A stretch of DNA of 64,000 bases from Clostridia bacterium (GTDB taxonomy: Bacteria > Bacillota > Clostridia > UBA1381 > UMGS1253), in NCBI GenBank assembly GCA_045537695.1, contig JAZSQB010000038.1:30206-94205 (forward strand). The letters are read 5' to 3'. Below the pieces are notes generated by a model. That model did no database searches. It saw only the letters and a list, made by a program, of their open reading frames with translations, and was not told where the DNA came from. Shown in pieces: positions 9,997-19,992 of this stretch. The translations under genes and the position numbers were made by a program. Positions within the stretch are counted from its first letter, which is position 1. Each line of letters opens with the position of its first letter.

Positions 9997-11232
9997 TCAT
10001 TTAATTTTTTCCGTTTTATCCATCATCAGCTCTGCAAAGATGCCGTAGCCGCGGGTGGGGTCATTGACAAACACATGCGTCACTGCACCGATAAGTTTGC
10101 CGTCCTGTAGAATGGGTGAGCCAGACATGCCTTGAACGATACCCCCGGTCAATTCCAATAATTCAGGGTCTGTCACATGTAGCACCATACCCTTTTCGTC
10201 GCTCGCAGAGGTTAAAACGCGTTCGATATACACAGAAAATTCCTTTGCGTTTTTGCCATCCGGTGCAAACCGGAGCTTTGCTTCGCCTTCGCGGATTTCA
10301 AAGCGGCTTGCGACGGGAACGGCCTTGGCGGACGGGGTTTGCTTTGCGCTCCATATGCCATAGATGCCTGCGGCAGAGTTGGACAAAATGCTACCGTACA
10401 CACCTTCTGCAAACGCGCCGCAAAGCTGTCCGGGAGATCCTTTTTGTCCTGGGGTGATGCCGGTAATTTCACAAGGAGAAATACTGCCGTCGAGCACCGA
10501 TAAAAGCTGGGCGGTGTCGATGTCGGCGATGCCGTGTCCGAGCGCGGCATATACGCCTTTGTCGGGTCGCACAAAGGAGAGTGTGCCGAGTCCGGCGGTA
10601 CTGTCACGGACCCACGCGCCAATTTTGATGCCGTTTGCTGTTTGTACCGGCGAAAGGGTCAGCGTATATTTTTCGCCGGCACGCACATATTCTATAGTGA
10701 CATCGGCATTTCCATTTTGCGCAAGCATATCAGAAAAATGGTCGGCATCAATAATTTTTTGCCCATTTAACCGCAGCAGCACATCGCCGACCTGCATACC
10801 TGCATTTTTTGCCGGAGAGACGCTTTTGCCCTCTGTGTCCGTTATATTTGTGAGAGCAACGGTCAGCACGCCATCGGTGTAGATGCGTATGCCGAGGCTT
10901 TCGCCACCCGGCAACACATACCCTTCTTCATATACGCTGACGGTGACTTTTTTGAGCGGCAGGACGCCTAAAAGTTTAACGTCTACTTCATAATCACCGA
11001 CGGTACTGGTATCCAGCAAAAAGTCTTCCGGTACAGCTTGCTCGTTTGCGCGGTACACCGCTTTTGTGCGTGCATGCAAAGGCAGATGGCTATGTGGCAG
11101 TGCGACTTTTGCATTTTGCGAAACGCAGAGCCGGTCCGGCAGCGCGCGGTACAGCGAAAGACCGTGCAGGGCAAACGGAGAGAGCAACAGTGCTGTGATG
11201 CAAAGGCAGGAAAGCAGCCGTTTTAAGCGCAT
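9997..11232 (-). CDS. spoIVB: SpoIVB peptidase (stage IV sporulation protein B, S55 family)
   Basis: Signal/TM segment, PDZ region (GMQVGDVLLRLNG) and S55 protease region (GTLSFV...ALGHGI...GMSGSPI). Start placed at the ATG giving MRLKRLLSCL. Confidence 0.9.
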   Translation of the reverse strand: MRLKRLLSCLCITALLLSPFALHGLSLYRALPDRLCVSQNAKVALPHSHLPLHARTKAVYRANEQAVPEDFLLDTSTVGDYEVDVKLLGVLPLKKVTVSVYEEGYVLPGGESLGIRIYTDGVLTVALTNITDTEGKSVSPAKNAGMQVGDVLLRLNGQKIIDADHFSDMLAQNGNADVTIEYVRAGEKYTLTLSPVQTANGIKIGAWVRDSTAGLGTLSFVRPDKGVYAALGHGIADIDTAQLLSVLDGSISPCEITGITPGQKGSPGQLCGAFAEGVYGSILSNSAAGIYGIWSAKQTPSAKAVPVASRFEIREGEAKLRFAPDGKNAKEFSVYIERVLTSASDEKGMVLHVTDPELLELTGGIVQGMSGSPILQDGKLIGAVTHVFVNDPTRGYGIFAELMMDKTEKIK

Positions 11233-11258
11233 ATTTATCACTTCCTGCACAAAAATTT

Positions 11259-11274
11259 GAAGCAAATTTGCTTC
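11259..11274. repeat. perfect 16-bp palindrome in the spoIVB 5' region (candidate operator or 5'-UTR hairpin)
   Basis: GAAGCAAATTTGCTTC is its own reverse complement. It lies 27-42 nt upstream of the spoIVB ATG. Confidence 0.5.
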
Positions 11275-11347
11275 GGTTTTAATGTAACCGCAAAGCTTGT
11301 AATCTATGAGTTATAAAACATTGAAAATGACCGAGTTTTTGCCAAAC

Positions 11348-11377
11348 TTGACAAAAACGGAAGGAATGATGTATAAT
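11348..11377 (+). promoter_or_regulatory. sigma-A-type promoter driving the FMN riboswitch and ribU
   Basis: TTGACA (11348-11353), 18-nt spacer, TATAAT (11372-11377), about 10 nt before the riboswitch P1 helix. Confidence 0.55.
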
Positions 11378-11387
11378 GTAATAAGAA

Positions 11388-11577
11388 AAATCTTCAGGGA
11401 TGGGTGCAATTCCCTACCGGTGGTAAAATTTGGTGATCAAAAAAGACCGGAACGCAACAAGGTGCATCTTGTTGTTCATTTCGAACCTTTTTCCTTTATC
11501 AAAAAAGCCCACGAGTCGTTTTGACTGATTCGGTGCAAATCCGAAGCCGACGGTACAGTCCGGATGAAAGAAGATGT
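11388..11577 (+). promoter_or_regulatory. FMN riboswitch (RFN element)
   Basis: Conserved RFN blocks appear in order: TCTTCAGGGATGGGTGCAATTCCCTACCGGTGGT ... AGCCCACGAG ... GATTCGGTGCAAATCCGAAGCCGACGGTACAGTCCGGATGAAAGAAGA. P1 pairs TCTTC (11391-11395) with GAAGA (11570-11574). It sits upstream of a riboflavin transporter gene, the classic context. Confidence 0.9.
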
Positions 11578-11596
11578 ATGGTCTTTTTTTCGTTTG

Positions 11597-11620
11597 CCCT
11601 GTGATTTTTCAGGGTTTTTT
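11597..11620 (+). terminator. candidate riboswitch expression-platform terminator
   Basis: CCCTG (11597-11601) pairs with CAGGG (11610-11614) and is followed by T6. The stem is short, so confidence is modest. Confidence 0.4.
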
Positions 11621-11664
11621 AATTTCCGATATTTTCCGGAAAAGGCGAAAGGAGACATAAAACA

Positions 11665-12264
11665 ATGAAAAAAATCACAGTTCGGAATTTAACGGTGACA
11701 GCAATGCTGTCTGCAGCGGCGGGCGTGTTGATGCTTTTGCATATCAATTTGCCGTTTTTGCCGTCTTTTTTGTCTTTTGACGTTGCGGATTTGCCGCCGC
11801 TTCTGGCGAGCTTCGCGCTCGGTCCGATGTACGGCATTATCGTATGTTTTATGAAAAATATTTTGCATATTATGATGCATTCTTCGCACACGATGGCGGT
11901 GGGCGAGCTTTCTAACTTTATTTTGAGCAGTGCATTTGTATTTACAGCAGGTATGATTTACAAAAATCATAAAACGCGCAAGGGAGCAATTATCAGTGCC
12001 ATCAGCGGCGCCGGTGCGTCGGCGGTGCTGGGCGTTTTTTCCAATTATTTTTTGATTTATCCGCTTTACGGTTTGGTGTATCATTTTAGCAGGGAGACGA
12101 TTTTGGGTATGTATCAGGTGATTTTGCCGTCGGTGGACAATATGTGGCAGGCGTTGGTGATTTTCAATCTGCCGTTTACATTTATAAAAGGACTTTGCAG
12201 TGCGGTGATTGCTTTTGTGATTTACAAGCCGCTTTCGCCGGTTTTGAAAGGAAAAATTCAATAG
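11665..12264 (+). CDS. ribU: riboflavin transporter, ECF S-component RibU
   Basis: 199-aa multi-pass membrane protein. From memory it aligns with B. subtilis YpaA/RibU (N-terminal LxVxAMLSA..VLM, FDVADLPPLLA region). AAAGGAGA RBS. An FMN riboswitch lies upstream. Confidence 0.88.
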   Translation: MKKITVRNLTVTAMLSAAAGVLMLLHINLPFLPSFLSFDVADLPPLLASFALGPMYGIIVCFMKNILHIMMHSSHTMAVGELSNFILSSAFVFTAGMIYKNHKTRKGAIISAISGAGASAVLGVFSNYFLIYPLYGLVYHFSRETILGMYQVILPSVDNMWQALVIFNLPFTFIKGLCSAVIAFVIYKPLSPVLKGKIQ

Positions 12265-12279
12265 GAATGAGGAACAAGT

Positions 12280-13287
12280 ATGAAAATTATTTTGGATGCG
12301 ATGGGCGGCGATGCATCGCCGAAGGCGCAGATTGAAGGTGCGCTTCGCGCTGTGCGTGAATTGGGCGTAGAGGTATGTCTGGTAGGCGACAGCGGTTTAA
12401 TCGAAGGACATATCGATGCGATGGGCGAAACCATACCGGCAGGCTTGACGATTCAGCACGCGTCGGAGGTCATTACTAATGATGAGGACCCAGCGTTTGC
12501 GCTGCGTAAAAAGAAGGATGCGTCTATCGTCGTTGCGGCAAATATGCTCAAAAACGGAGACGGTGATGCGCTGGTTTCCACCGGTTCTACCGGCGGGGTG
12601 CTTTGTGCAGGACTGCTGATTGTCGGCAGAATCAAGGGTGTGCTGCGTCCGGCATTGGCGCCGGTATATCCGACAGATACGGGCTATGGCGTTTTGATTG
12701 ATTGCGGCGCAAATGCAGATTGCAAGCCGCAGTATCTGGCGCAGTTCGGCGTAATGGGTAGCATTTATGCCAGTGCGGTGCTCGGCAAAAAGGATGCGAA
12801 GGTGGCGCTGATTAATAACGGTGCAGAAGCGCATAAGGGCAGCGCGCTTTATAAGGAAGCGCATGCGCTTTTAAAGGAAGCGCCAATTCATTTTATCGGT
12901 AACATTGAAGGCAGAGACGTGATGAGCGGCAATGCAGATGTTGTTGTGTGCGACGGCTTTACGGGCAACGTTATGCTGAAGGTCATCGAAGGCGTATCGC
13001 ACACGCTGCTTAAAAACATCAAGAGCGCTTTGCTGGGCTCACTGAAAACAAAAATCGGTGCGCTGCTTTCGAAGGATGCGTTTGCGGTGCTGAAAAAGAA
13101 GATGGATTATTCCGAGCACGGCGGTGCGCTTTTATTGGGGACAAAGTATCCGGTGATTAAAGGGCATGGCTCGTCGGATGCAAAAGCGGTTTTTTTCGCG
13201 ATTCGTCAGGCACAGCGCATAGTGGAAGCGAATGTAGTGCAGCGCATTGCGGGAGATATTGAAAAAATGCAGCCGGAAGAGGCATAA
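12280..13287 (+). CDS. plsX: phosphate acyltransferase PlsX
   Basis: 335 aa. N-terminus MKIILDAMGGD, NNGAE and GFTGNV regions typical of PlsX. Starts 15 nt after the ribU stop. Confidence 0.95.
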   Translation: MKIILDAMGGDASPKAQIEGALRAVRELGVEVCLVGDSGLIEGHIDAMGETIPAGLTIQHASEVITNDEDPAFALRKKKDASIVVAANMLKNGDGDALVSTGSTGGVLCAGLLIVGRIKGVLRPALAPVYPTDTGYGVLIDCGANADCKPQYLAQFGVMGSIYASAVLGKKDAKVALINNGAEAHKGSALYKEAHALLKEAPIHFIGNIEGRDVMSGNADVVVCDGFTGNVMLKVIEGVSHTLLKNIKSALLGSLKTKIGALLSKDAFAVLKKKMDYSEHGGALLLGTKYPVIKGHGSSDAKAVFFAIRQAQRIVEANVVQRIAGDIEKMQPEEA

Positions 13288-13320
13288 TTGCATTAAAACA
13301 CATAAAAATTTTAAAAAAAC

Positions 13321-13349
13321 TTGACAAAAAGCTCCATATTTGGTATATA
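13321..13349 (+). promoter_or_regulatory. candidate sigma-A-type promoter for acpP
   Basis: TTGACA (13321-13326), 17-nt spacer, TATATA (13344-13349) with an extended -10 TG at 13341-13342. Confidence 0.45.
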
Positions 13350-13406
13350 CATTAAATAAAGATGCTTTGGCATCGCAGTACAGCATAAAAATGGAGGCGA
13401 ATAATC

Positions 13407-13628
13407 ATGACTTTTGATAAGATTCAGGAAATTATTGCTGAGCAACTCGGCATTGATGCGGATTCTATTACGATGGAATCGTCTTTTGTGGATGATTTGG
13501 GCGCTGACTCGTTAGATATTGTTAGCTTGATTATGGCAATGGAAGAAGAGTTTGGTGTTGAATTTGCGGAAGAGGACGCAGATAAGATTAAGACGGTGGG
13601 CGACGCTGTCAATTATATTGCCGACTAA
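13407..13628 (+). CDS. acpP: acyl carrier protein
   Basis: 73 aa with the phosphopantetheine attachment motif LGADSLD. GGAGG RBS. Confidence 0.95.
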   Translation: MTFDKIQEIIAEQLGIDADSITMESSFVDDLGADSLDIVSLIMAMEEEFGVEFAEEDADKIKTVGDAVNYIAD

Positions 13629-13633
13629 AAACG

Positions 13634-13667
13634 AAAAGCAAAGGATTTCCGGTCCTTTGCTTTTTTA
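13634..13667 (+). terminator. intrinsic terminator after acpP
   Basis: GCAAAGGA (13638-13645) pairs with TCCTTTGC (13653-13660) and is followed by TTTTTTATTTTTT. Confidence 0.7.
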
Positions 13668-13691
13668 TTTTTTTAAGGGAGAGCGGAGAAA

Positions 13692-14390
13692 ATGGACATA
13701 AACAGAATTGCAGCATTTGAAAAAGAAATCGGGTATACATTTAACGATAAGGCACTTGTATGGCGTGCCTTGTCGCATTCTTCCTACGCAAATGAGCGCA
13801 GCTTGGACAAAACCATGTGCAATGAGCGTCTGGAATTTTTGGGCGATGCCATTGTGGATATGGTGACCAGTGCGCGACTGTATGAAATGATGCCGGACAG
13901 CCAGGAAGGCGTTTTGACCAAAACCCGTGCATCCGTCGTGTGCGAACAGTCCTTTGCAAAGCTTGCCGGTGCGATGCACTTTGGTGAGTACATCCTTTTG
14001 GGCAAAGGGGAAGAGTCGACCGGCGGCAGAACGCGCGCATCCGTGCTGGCGGACTGCTTTGAGGCGGTTATTGCGGCAATTTATTTAGACGGCGGCTTTG
14101 CGGCGGCATATGCGTGGATTGAAGCGCATTTGCGCACGGCGATTTTAGAGGCAAGTGTCGGTAAAACGGCGAAGGATTTTAAAACGCTACTGCAGGAAAC
14201 AACACAAAAGGGCAAGGATGGGCGCGTGACTTATAAATTGTCCGGTGAAGAAGGTCCGGATCACGCCAAGGTTTTTACGGCGCAGGTTTTTGTGGATGAT
14301 GTGTATATGGCGGAGGGCAAGGGCACAAGCAAAAAGGACGCGGAGCAGGCGGCTGCCGGCGCTGCACTGAAAAAGCTTGGGCATGCGTAG
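13692..14390 (+). CDS. rnc: ribonuclease III
   Basis: RNase III signature ERLEFLGDA and a C-terminal dsRNA-binding domain (GPDHAKVFT...GKGTSKKDAEQAAA). Confidence 0.95.
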   Translation: MDINRIAAFEKEIGYTFNDKALVWRALSHSSYANERSLDKTMCNERLEFLGDAIVDMVTSARLYEMMPDSQEGVLTKTRASVVCEQSFAKLAGAMHFGEYILLGKGEESTGGRTRASVLADCFEAVIAAIYLDGGFAAAYAWIEAHLRTAILEASVGKTAKDFKTLLQETTQKGKDGRVTYKLSGEEGPDHAKVFTAQVFVDDVYMAEGKGTSKKDAEQAAAGAALKKLGHA

Positions 14391-15387
14391 GCGCGGCAGA
14401 AAAGTAAATATTCCTGTTTTTGTACCGCATTTGGGTTGTCCGCATCAGTGTAGTTTTTGTAATCAAAAAACGATTACCGGCAGTGTAGCGGATGTGACGG
14501 CACAAACCGTCATAAATACGGTGGATGCGGCGTTCGAAACATTAAAGGGTGAAAATGCGCAGATAGAGATTGCCTTTTTCGGCGGCAGCTTTACGGCGAT
14601 TGATGCTGTCTTGCAGGAGACGTTGCTTGGCGCGGCGAAAGGATATTTAGGCAGCGGAAAAGTTGACGGTATCCGGATTTCCACGCGACCAGATTGTATA
14701 GATACGGTTGTGGTAGAGCGGCTCTTGCGTTATGGGGTGACCAGTGTGGAGCTCGGTGTGCAATCTTCGGATGCGCAGGTGCTTGCGAAAAATAAACGCG
14801 GACATACTTTTGCGGACGTAGAACGTGCTACAGCACTTTTGAAACAAGGTGGCTTTGAAATCGGCCTGCAGATGATGCTTGGGCTTTTGGGATCAGACCA
14901 TGAAAAAGATGTACAAACGGCGCGAGATATTGCGGCACTTCGACCAGATACGACGCGGATTTATCCAACGGTGGTTTTGGAAGGTAGTCCGCTTTGTGAT
15001 TTATACAGAAACGGAGACTATATACCGCTGACGGTGGAAGAGGCAGTGGAGCGCGCGGCGGATGCCTATGCGATTTTTAAGGCGTGCGGTGTGCGTGTAT
15101 TGCGTATGGGGTTAATGGAAACAGATTCCCTTGCGGACGGCTTTGCGGCAGGTCCGCGGCATCCGGCATTTGGCGAGCTGGTGTTTTCGAGGCTGTATCG
15201 GCGGAAAATGCAGAATGCACTTGTGGGAAAACAAGGCGGAGAATGTATGTTTTATGTGCATCCTTCGGAGGTTTCCAAGGCTTTGGGCAACAAAAAAGAA
15301 AATAAAGAGCGGATTTTTCGTGAACAAGGTGTAAACATTCGGATAAAAGCGAATGAAACAGTTGAATCTGGCGAAATTTTATGGTAA
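14377..15387 (+). CDS. radical SAM protein (ELP3-like, function unknown)
   Basis: CxxxCxxC cluster motif (CPHQCSFC) close to the N-terminus, with a TIM-barrel-like remainder. The start is ambiguous (TTG 14377 or ATG 14383). It overlaps the rnc stop. Confidence 0.8.
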   Translation: MGMRRRGRKVNIPVFVPHLGCPHQCSFCNQKTITGSVADVTAQTVINTVDAAFETLKGENAQIEIAFFGGSFTAIDAVLQETLLGAAKGYLGSGKVDGIRISTRPDCIDTVVVERLLRYGVTSVELGVQSSDAQVLAKNKRGHTFADVERATALLKQGGFEIGLQMMLGLLGSDHEKDVQTARDIAALRPDTTRIYPTVVLEGSPLCDLYRNGDYIPLTVEEAVERAADAYAIFKACGVRVLRMGLMETDSLADGFAAGPRHPAFGELVFSRLYRRKMQNALVGKQGGECMFYVHPSEVSKALGNKKENKERIFREQGVNIRIKANETVESGEILW

Positions 15388-15462
15388 GATATTCTTATGA
15401 TATAAAGGGTATTTTGCCATTTTTTATAGGGAGTACGGCAAACAGATAAGGGGAGAAAGGCT

Positions 15463-18400
15463 TTGTATTTAAAAAGCATAGAGCTTGTAGGCTTTAAGTC
15501 CTTTGCGGACAAAACAATTTTAAATTTTGAGCCGGGTGTCACGGGTGTTGTCGGACCGAATGGTAGCGGTAAAAGTAATATTTCTGATGCGATTCGTTGG
15601 GTTATGGGTGAAATGAGCGCCAAAGCGCTTCGCGGCGGCAATATGCAGGATGTTATTTTTAACGGCACTGAAAAGCGCAAGCCGCTTGGCTATGCGCAGG
15701 TGAGTCTGACACTGGAAAATACAGGGCGCACCTTTAACATTGATTATGATGAGGTGTGCGTATCCCGGCGCGTGTATCGCTCTGGGGAAAGTGAATATTA
15801 TATTAATGGCGCGCAGTGCCGACTCAAGGATATCCATGAGCTTTTTATGGATACCGGTCTTGGGCGCGATGGTTATTCGATTATCGGGCAGGGCAAGGTC
15901 AGTGAAATTGTGTCCGGTAAAAATGAAGAGCGCCGTAATATCTTAGATGAGGCGTCCGGTATTTCCAAATATCGCCACCGGAAGGAAGAGGCACAGAGAA
16001 AGCTTGCGCACACGGATGAAAATCTTGTACGTATCGGCGATATTGTATCTGAGCTTGAAACGCAAGTTGAGCCTCTGTTTAAGCAGAGTGAAAAGGCGAA
16101 AAAATATCTGAATTTGCGGGAAGAATTAAAAAAGATTGATTTGAATCTGTTCTTGCGTTCGACTGACCGTTTAAAGAAGGATGGCGACGAGGCAGACAAG
16201 AATTTTATCATTATTACAGAGCAGCTGAGCAAGGCGCAAAATGCATTTGCGGAAACGGAAGCAAAGATTGAAGAGGAAAATGCAAAAGCGGAAGCGCAGG
16301 AAAAACTGGTAGAGCAGCTGCATACGGAGAGCACGGATACCGAGGTTGTTATTCGCGGTTATTTGGGCGAAATTGAGGTGCTTAAGCAAAAAATCGCATC
16401 AGGAAAAAGTGCTGCGGACAGAAGCGCGGCAGATGTGCAGAATTTAAAAACGCGCCTGGAAACAGCGCAGGAAACCCATGCCGGCATTGAAGCGGAGCGT
16501 CGTGCGTTGGAAGAAAAGCTTGACGAAAAGAAAACGGAGCTTGCGACGTTGGAGCAGGAAAGTCGTGCGGCGGTCGAAACGTATGAATCCCATATCCGCG
16601 CCATCAATGACCATAAAGGGGACATTATTGATAAATTAAATGAAATTGCGGAGCGCAAGGCGCAGCTTAGCTCGTTAGAGGCGTTTAAAACCGGCTTTGC
16701 AGAGCGAAAAGAGGCGCTTTTCAAGACGCAGGCGGCTAGTGCAGAGACCATTCGCAAGTTGACCGAAAAAAAGCAAGGCGCAGAAGCTTTGCTTGTAGCG
16801 CAGCAGGAGAAAATTCGCGTGCTCGAAGCGCAGTGCGATGAAATGGATACCAAAACGCAGATTAAAGAGGGCGAGTATGCTGCGGCGGAATACAGTCGTA
16901 TTCAGCATCTGGAAACCTATAATCAAAAGAACTCCCGCCTTACAATGCTGCGCGATATGGAAAAGGATTTTGAAGGCTTCGGACGTGGCGTCAAGGGCGT
17001 ATTAGAAGCGCACGCAAATGGGGCACTGCAGAAGCAGAATATCCACGGTGCTTTGTCGACACTGTTAGAGGTGGACAATAAGTCGGTACTTGCGATTGAA
17101 ACGGCTTTAGGTGCGGCAGCGCAGAATGTGGTTGTTGAAAGCGAAGAAGACGCGAAAGCGGCCATTGAATACTTAAAGAAAAACAAGCTCGGCAGAGTGA
17201 CCTTTCTGCCGGTATCCGCCGTGCAGGCAACGCCGCTGCCGGAAGAAAAAGAAGTTTCAGCAATGCGCGGGTTTGTGGCGATTGCGAATGCGTTGGTAAA
17301 AACCGATGCACATTTTGCGGACATTGTTTCGCATTTGCTCGGCAGGACGGTTGTAGCAGATAATATAGACAATGCGATTGCCATCAGCAAAAAGTTCGGC
17401 TATAAATTCCGCGTGGTGACGCTGGAGGGTGAGCTTTTGAACGCCGGCGGCGCCATTACGGGCGGTAGCGTGAATAAAAACACCGGTCTGTTAAGCCGTG
17501 CCGGTGAGATGAAAACGCTGGAAAAAGAAACAGAAGCGTTATTAAAGCAAATCGAAGAAGATGAACAGAAGATGGTTGCCGTGAAGGAAGCTTTGGGCGT
17601 GCTTGCAGATGAGAATACGCAGGCACTGCAGACACTGCAGACGGCGCGGCAGGAATGTGTGCGCTTAGAGGCGGACACGCAGTATGCGGCGCAGGATCTG
17701 GATGCGAGCGAAAATGCGGTCGCAGCTGCGGCAGTGGAGCAAGAGCAGATTGATTTGCAGATTCGCTCCGCAAATGACAGCATTGCAATTGTGATTAACG
17801 GCATTACGGCGAATGAGTTTGCCGTAGAAGAGGCGAAAAAGAAGATTGCGACACTGGAAGAACAGCTGGCAGGCTGTGAGGTGGCGCGCGTGAACGCGGC
17901 AGAGATGGTTTCTGCAAAGCAGATTGAGATGACGAGCTGCAGCCGCGATATTTTTGCTTGCAAGCAGCGCGCAGAAGATATGCTTTTGCAGGTAGCGGAG
18001 CTTGCGCGCGACATCGAAGGCCGCGAGGCAGATATCCGCGCCAATGATGCGGCGGCAGTGGATATGCTGGCGCAGATAGCACAGCAGGAGCAGTTGATTG
18101 CGGATACACGCAAGAAGTCGGATGAGATTTATGCAAATATTGAGGCAGCGAATACTGTGAGAAATGAAGCAAAGGCAGTTGCGGCGCAGCTTTTAGCAGA
18201 CAGCAAAGAGACGCGCGAACAGATTTTTGCACTGCGTGAAGAGCAGACACGTATTAACAATCATCGCGTTAAGATTTCCGAAGAAATGGAAACGCTTTCC
18301 GAGCGCATCTGGAATGACTATGAGCTGACGTACAGCACGGCATTGGAATACAAAGCGGAGATTGGCACGGTGACAGAGGCGCAGAAGAATCTCTCTTCCC

Positions 18401-19032
18401 TGCGCGGGCAGATTCGTGCACTCGGCAATGTCAATGTCGATGCGATTGAAGAATATAAGAGCGTGAAGGAACGCTTTGATTTCCTGTCGAATCAGTTTAC
18501 GGATTTGACAACGGCAAAGCGCGATCTGGAAAAATTGATTGCTTCGATTCAGGAAAAGATGAAGGAGCAGTTTAAAGTACAGTTTGCGGTCATCAACAAG
18601 CATTTTTCCGAAACATTTACGGCGCTGTTCGGCGGCGGTAAGGCGGAGCTTAAGCTTGTAGATCCGGACAATGTCTTGGAAAGCGGCATTGAAATTGAAG
18701 CACAGCCGCCGGGCAAGAAACTGCAGAATTTGAGCTTGCTTTCCGGTGGCGAAATGGCATTTACCGCCATTGCACTTTTGTTTGCGATACTGAAGGTGCG
18801 CCCGACGCCATTCTGCGTGCTTGACGAGATTGAAGCGGCGCTGGATGAATCGAATGTATACCGTTTTGCGGATTATGTGCGTGATTACAGCAAGAAAACG
18901 CAGTTTATATTAGTGACGCACCGTCGCGGTACCATGGAGGCAGCAGATTTGCTCTACGGTGTTACAATGCAGGAAAAAGGCGTTTCCAAATTGCTTGCAC
19001 TGCGACTAGATGAAGCACAGCATCTTGAATAA
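15463..19032 (+). CDS. smc: chromosome segregation protein SMC
   Basis: 1189 aa. Walker [10 protein letters not shown], long coiled coils, a hinge region, signature LSGGE and Walker [15 protein letters not shown] start. Confidence 0.96.
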   Translation: MYLKSIELVGFKSFADKTILNFEPGVTGVVGPNGSGKSNISDAIRWVMGEMSAKALRGGNMQDVIFNGTEKRKPLGYAQVSLTLENTGRTFNIDYDEVCVSRRVYRSGESEYYINGAQCRLKDIHELFMDTGLGRDGYSIIGQGKVSEIVSGKNEERRNILDEASGISKYRHRKEEAQRKLAHTDENLVRIGDIVSELETQVEPLFKQSEKAKKYLNLREELKKIDLNLFLRSTDRLKKDGDEADKNFIIITEQLSKAQNAFAETEAKIEEENAKAEAQEKLVEQLHTESTDTEVVIRGYLGEIEVLKQKIASGKSAADRSAADVQNLKTRLETAQETHAGIEAERRALEEKLDEKKTELATLEQESRAAVETYESHIRAINDHKGDIIDKLNEIAERKAQLSSLEAFKTGFAERKEALFKTQAASAETIRKLTEKKQGAEALLVAQQEKIRVLEAQCDEMDTKTQIKEGEYAAAEYSRIQHLETYNQKNSRLTMLRDMEKDFEGFGRGVKGVLEAHANGALQKQNIHGALSTLLEVDNKSVLAIETALGAAAQNVVVESEEDAKAAIEYLKKNKLGRVTFLPVSAVQATPLPEEKEVSAMRGFVAIANALVKTDAHFADIVSHLLGRTVVADNIDNAIAISKKFGYKFRVVTLEGELLNAGGAITGGSVNKNTGLLSRAGEMKTLEKETEALLKQIEEDEQKMVAVKEALGVLADENTQALQTLQTARQECVRLEADTQYAAQDLDASENAVAAAAVEQEQIDLQIRSANDSIAIVINGITANEFAVEEAKKKIATLEEQLAGCEVARVNAAEMVSAKQIEMTSCSRDIFACKQRAEDMLLQVAELARDIEGREADIRANDAAAVDMLAQIAQQEQLIADTRKKSDEIYANIEAANTVRNEAKAVAAQLLADSKETREQIFALREEQTRINNHRVKISEEMETLSERIWNDYELTYSTALEYKAEIGTVTEAQKNLSSLRGQIRALGNVNVDAIEEYKSVKERFDFLSNQFTDLTTAKRDLEKLIASIQEKMKEQFKVQFAVINKHFSETFTALFGGGKAELKLVDPDNVLESGIEIEAQPPGKKLQNLSLLSGGEMAFTAIALLFAILKVRPTPFCVLDEIEAALDESNVYRFADYVRDYSKKTQFILVTHRRGTMEAADLLYGVTMQEKGVSKLLALRLDEAQHLE

Positions 19033-19054
19033 AGGACAAAAAAGGAAGAAGAAT

Positions 19055-19963
19055 ATGAGTTTTTTTGATAAATTAAAAAACGGTCTTACAAAAACACGCA
19101 GTGCATTTTCCGAAAAGGTAAATCAGGTATTCGCAGCTTTTACCAAAGTGGACGAGGATTTGTTTGAAGAACTGGAGGAGGCGCTGATTACGGCGGATGT
19201 TGGCTATGAAACCTCTATGGAAATTATAGACACCTTGCGCGAGCGCGTAAAGCGCACGCGCACAGAAGATGCGCAGCAGGTGCGCGCGATGCTCGGTGAG
19301 GTTATTGCGGAAATGCTGCAGGAGACGGAAACGTCGTTTTTGGAGACGGGCAAGCCGGCGATTTTGCTTGTCATCGGTGTAAACGGTGTGGGTAAAACCA
19401 CAAGCATTGGAAAGCTGACCCAATATTTTATGCGCACTGGCAAGCATGTGATGCTTGCAGCGGCGGACACCTTCCGCGCGGCGGCGATTGACCAGTTGGA
19501 TATCTGGGCACAGCGCAACGGTTGCGAGATTGTAAAGCACGAGGAAGGCGCAGATCCGGGTGCGGTTGTGTTTGATGCTGTGGCTGCGGCAAAATCGCGC
19601 GGTGCGGATATTTTAATTTGTGATACGGCGGGACGCTTGCACAACAAGAAGAATCTGATGGATGAGCTTGGGAAAATTTCGCGCATTATCGACAGAGAGG
19701 CGCCGGATTATGAAAAACACGTGCTTTTGGTTTTGGATGCAACCACCGGGCAGAATGCCATCAGCCAGGCGAAGCTTTTTTCGGAAAGTGCCGGCATCGA
19801 CGGTATTATCTTAACGAAGCTGGACGGTACAGCAAAGGGCGGTGTTGTTATCGGTATTTGCAGAGAACAAAGTATTCCGGTGCGTTTTGTTGGTGTGGGC
19901 GAAGGCATAGATGATTTACAGCCGTTTTCTGCGGCAGATTTTGCAAAGGCATTGATGGAGTAA
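19055..19963 (+). CDS. ftsY: signal recognition particle receptor FtsY
   Basis: SRP GTPase motifs GVNGVGKTT, DTAGR and TKLDG. Start placed at the ATG giving MSFFDKLKNGL, downstream of the smc stop. Confidence 0.94.
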   Translation: MSFFDKLKNGLTKTRSAFSEKVNQVFAAFTKVDEDLFEELEEALITADVGYETSMEIIDTLRERVKRTRTEDAQQVRAMLGEVIAEMLQETETSFLETGKPAILLVIGVNGVGKTTSIGKLTQYFMRTGKHVMLAAADTFRAAAIDQLDIWAQRNGCEIVKHEEGADPGAVVFDAVAAAKSRGADILICDTAGRLHNKKNLMDELGKISRIIDREAPDYEKHVLLVLDATTGQNAISQAKLFSESAGIDGIILTKLDGTAKGGVVIGICREQSIPVRFVGVGEGIDDLQPFSAADFAKALME

Positions 19964-19992
19964 AGTTTTAGGTTTAAAAAGGATGTGAGCTT

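Noticed and set aside
11306-11524. 72-aa plus-strand ORF upstream of ribU
   Set aside because: It lies entirely within the FMN riboswitch and its promoter. The conserved RFN sequence blocks explain this stretch better than coding potential does.
17400-18113. 237-aa minus-strand ORF (and several similar ones at 15873-18603) inside smc
   Set aside because: These are Ala/Ser/Cys-rich antisense artefacts of the Glu/Ala/Lys/Gln-rich coiled-coil coding sequence. smc is unambiguous on the plus strand.
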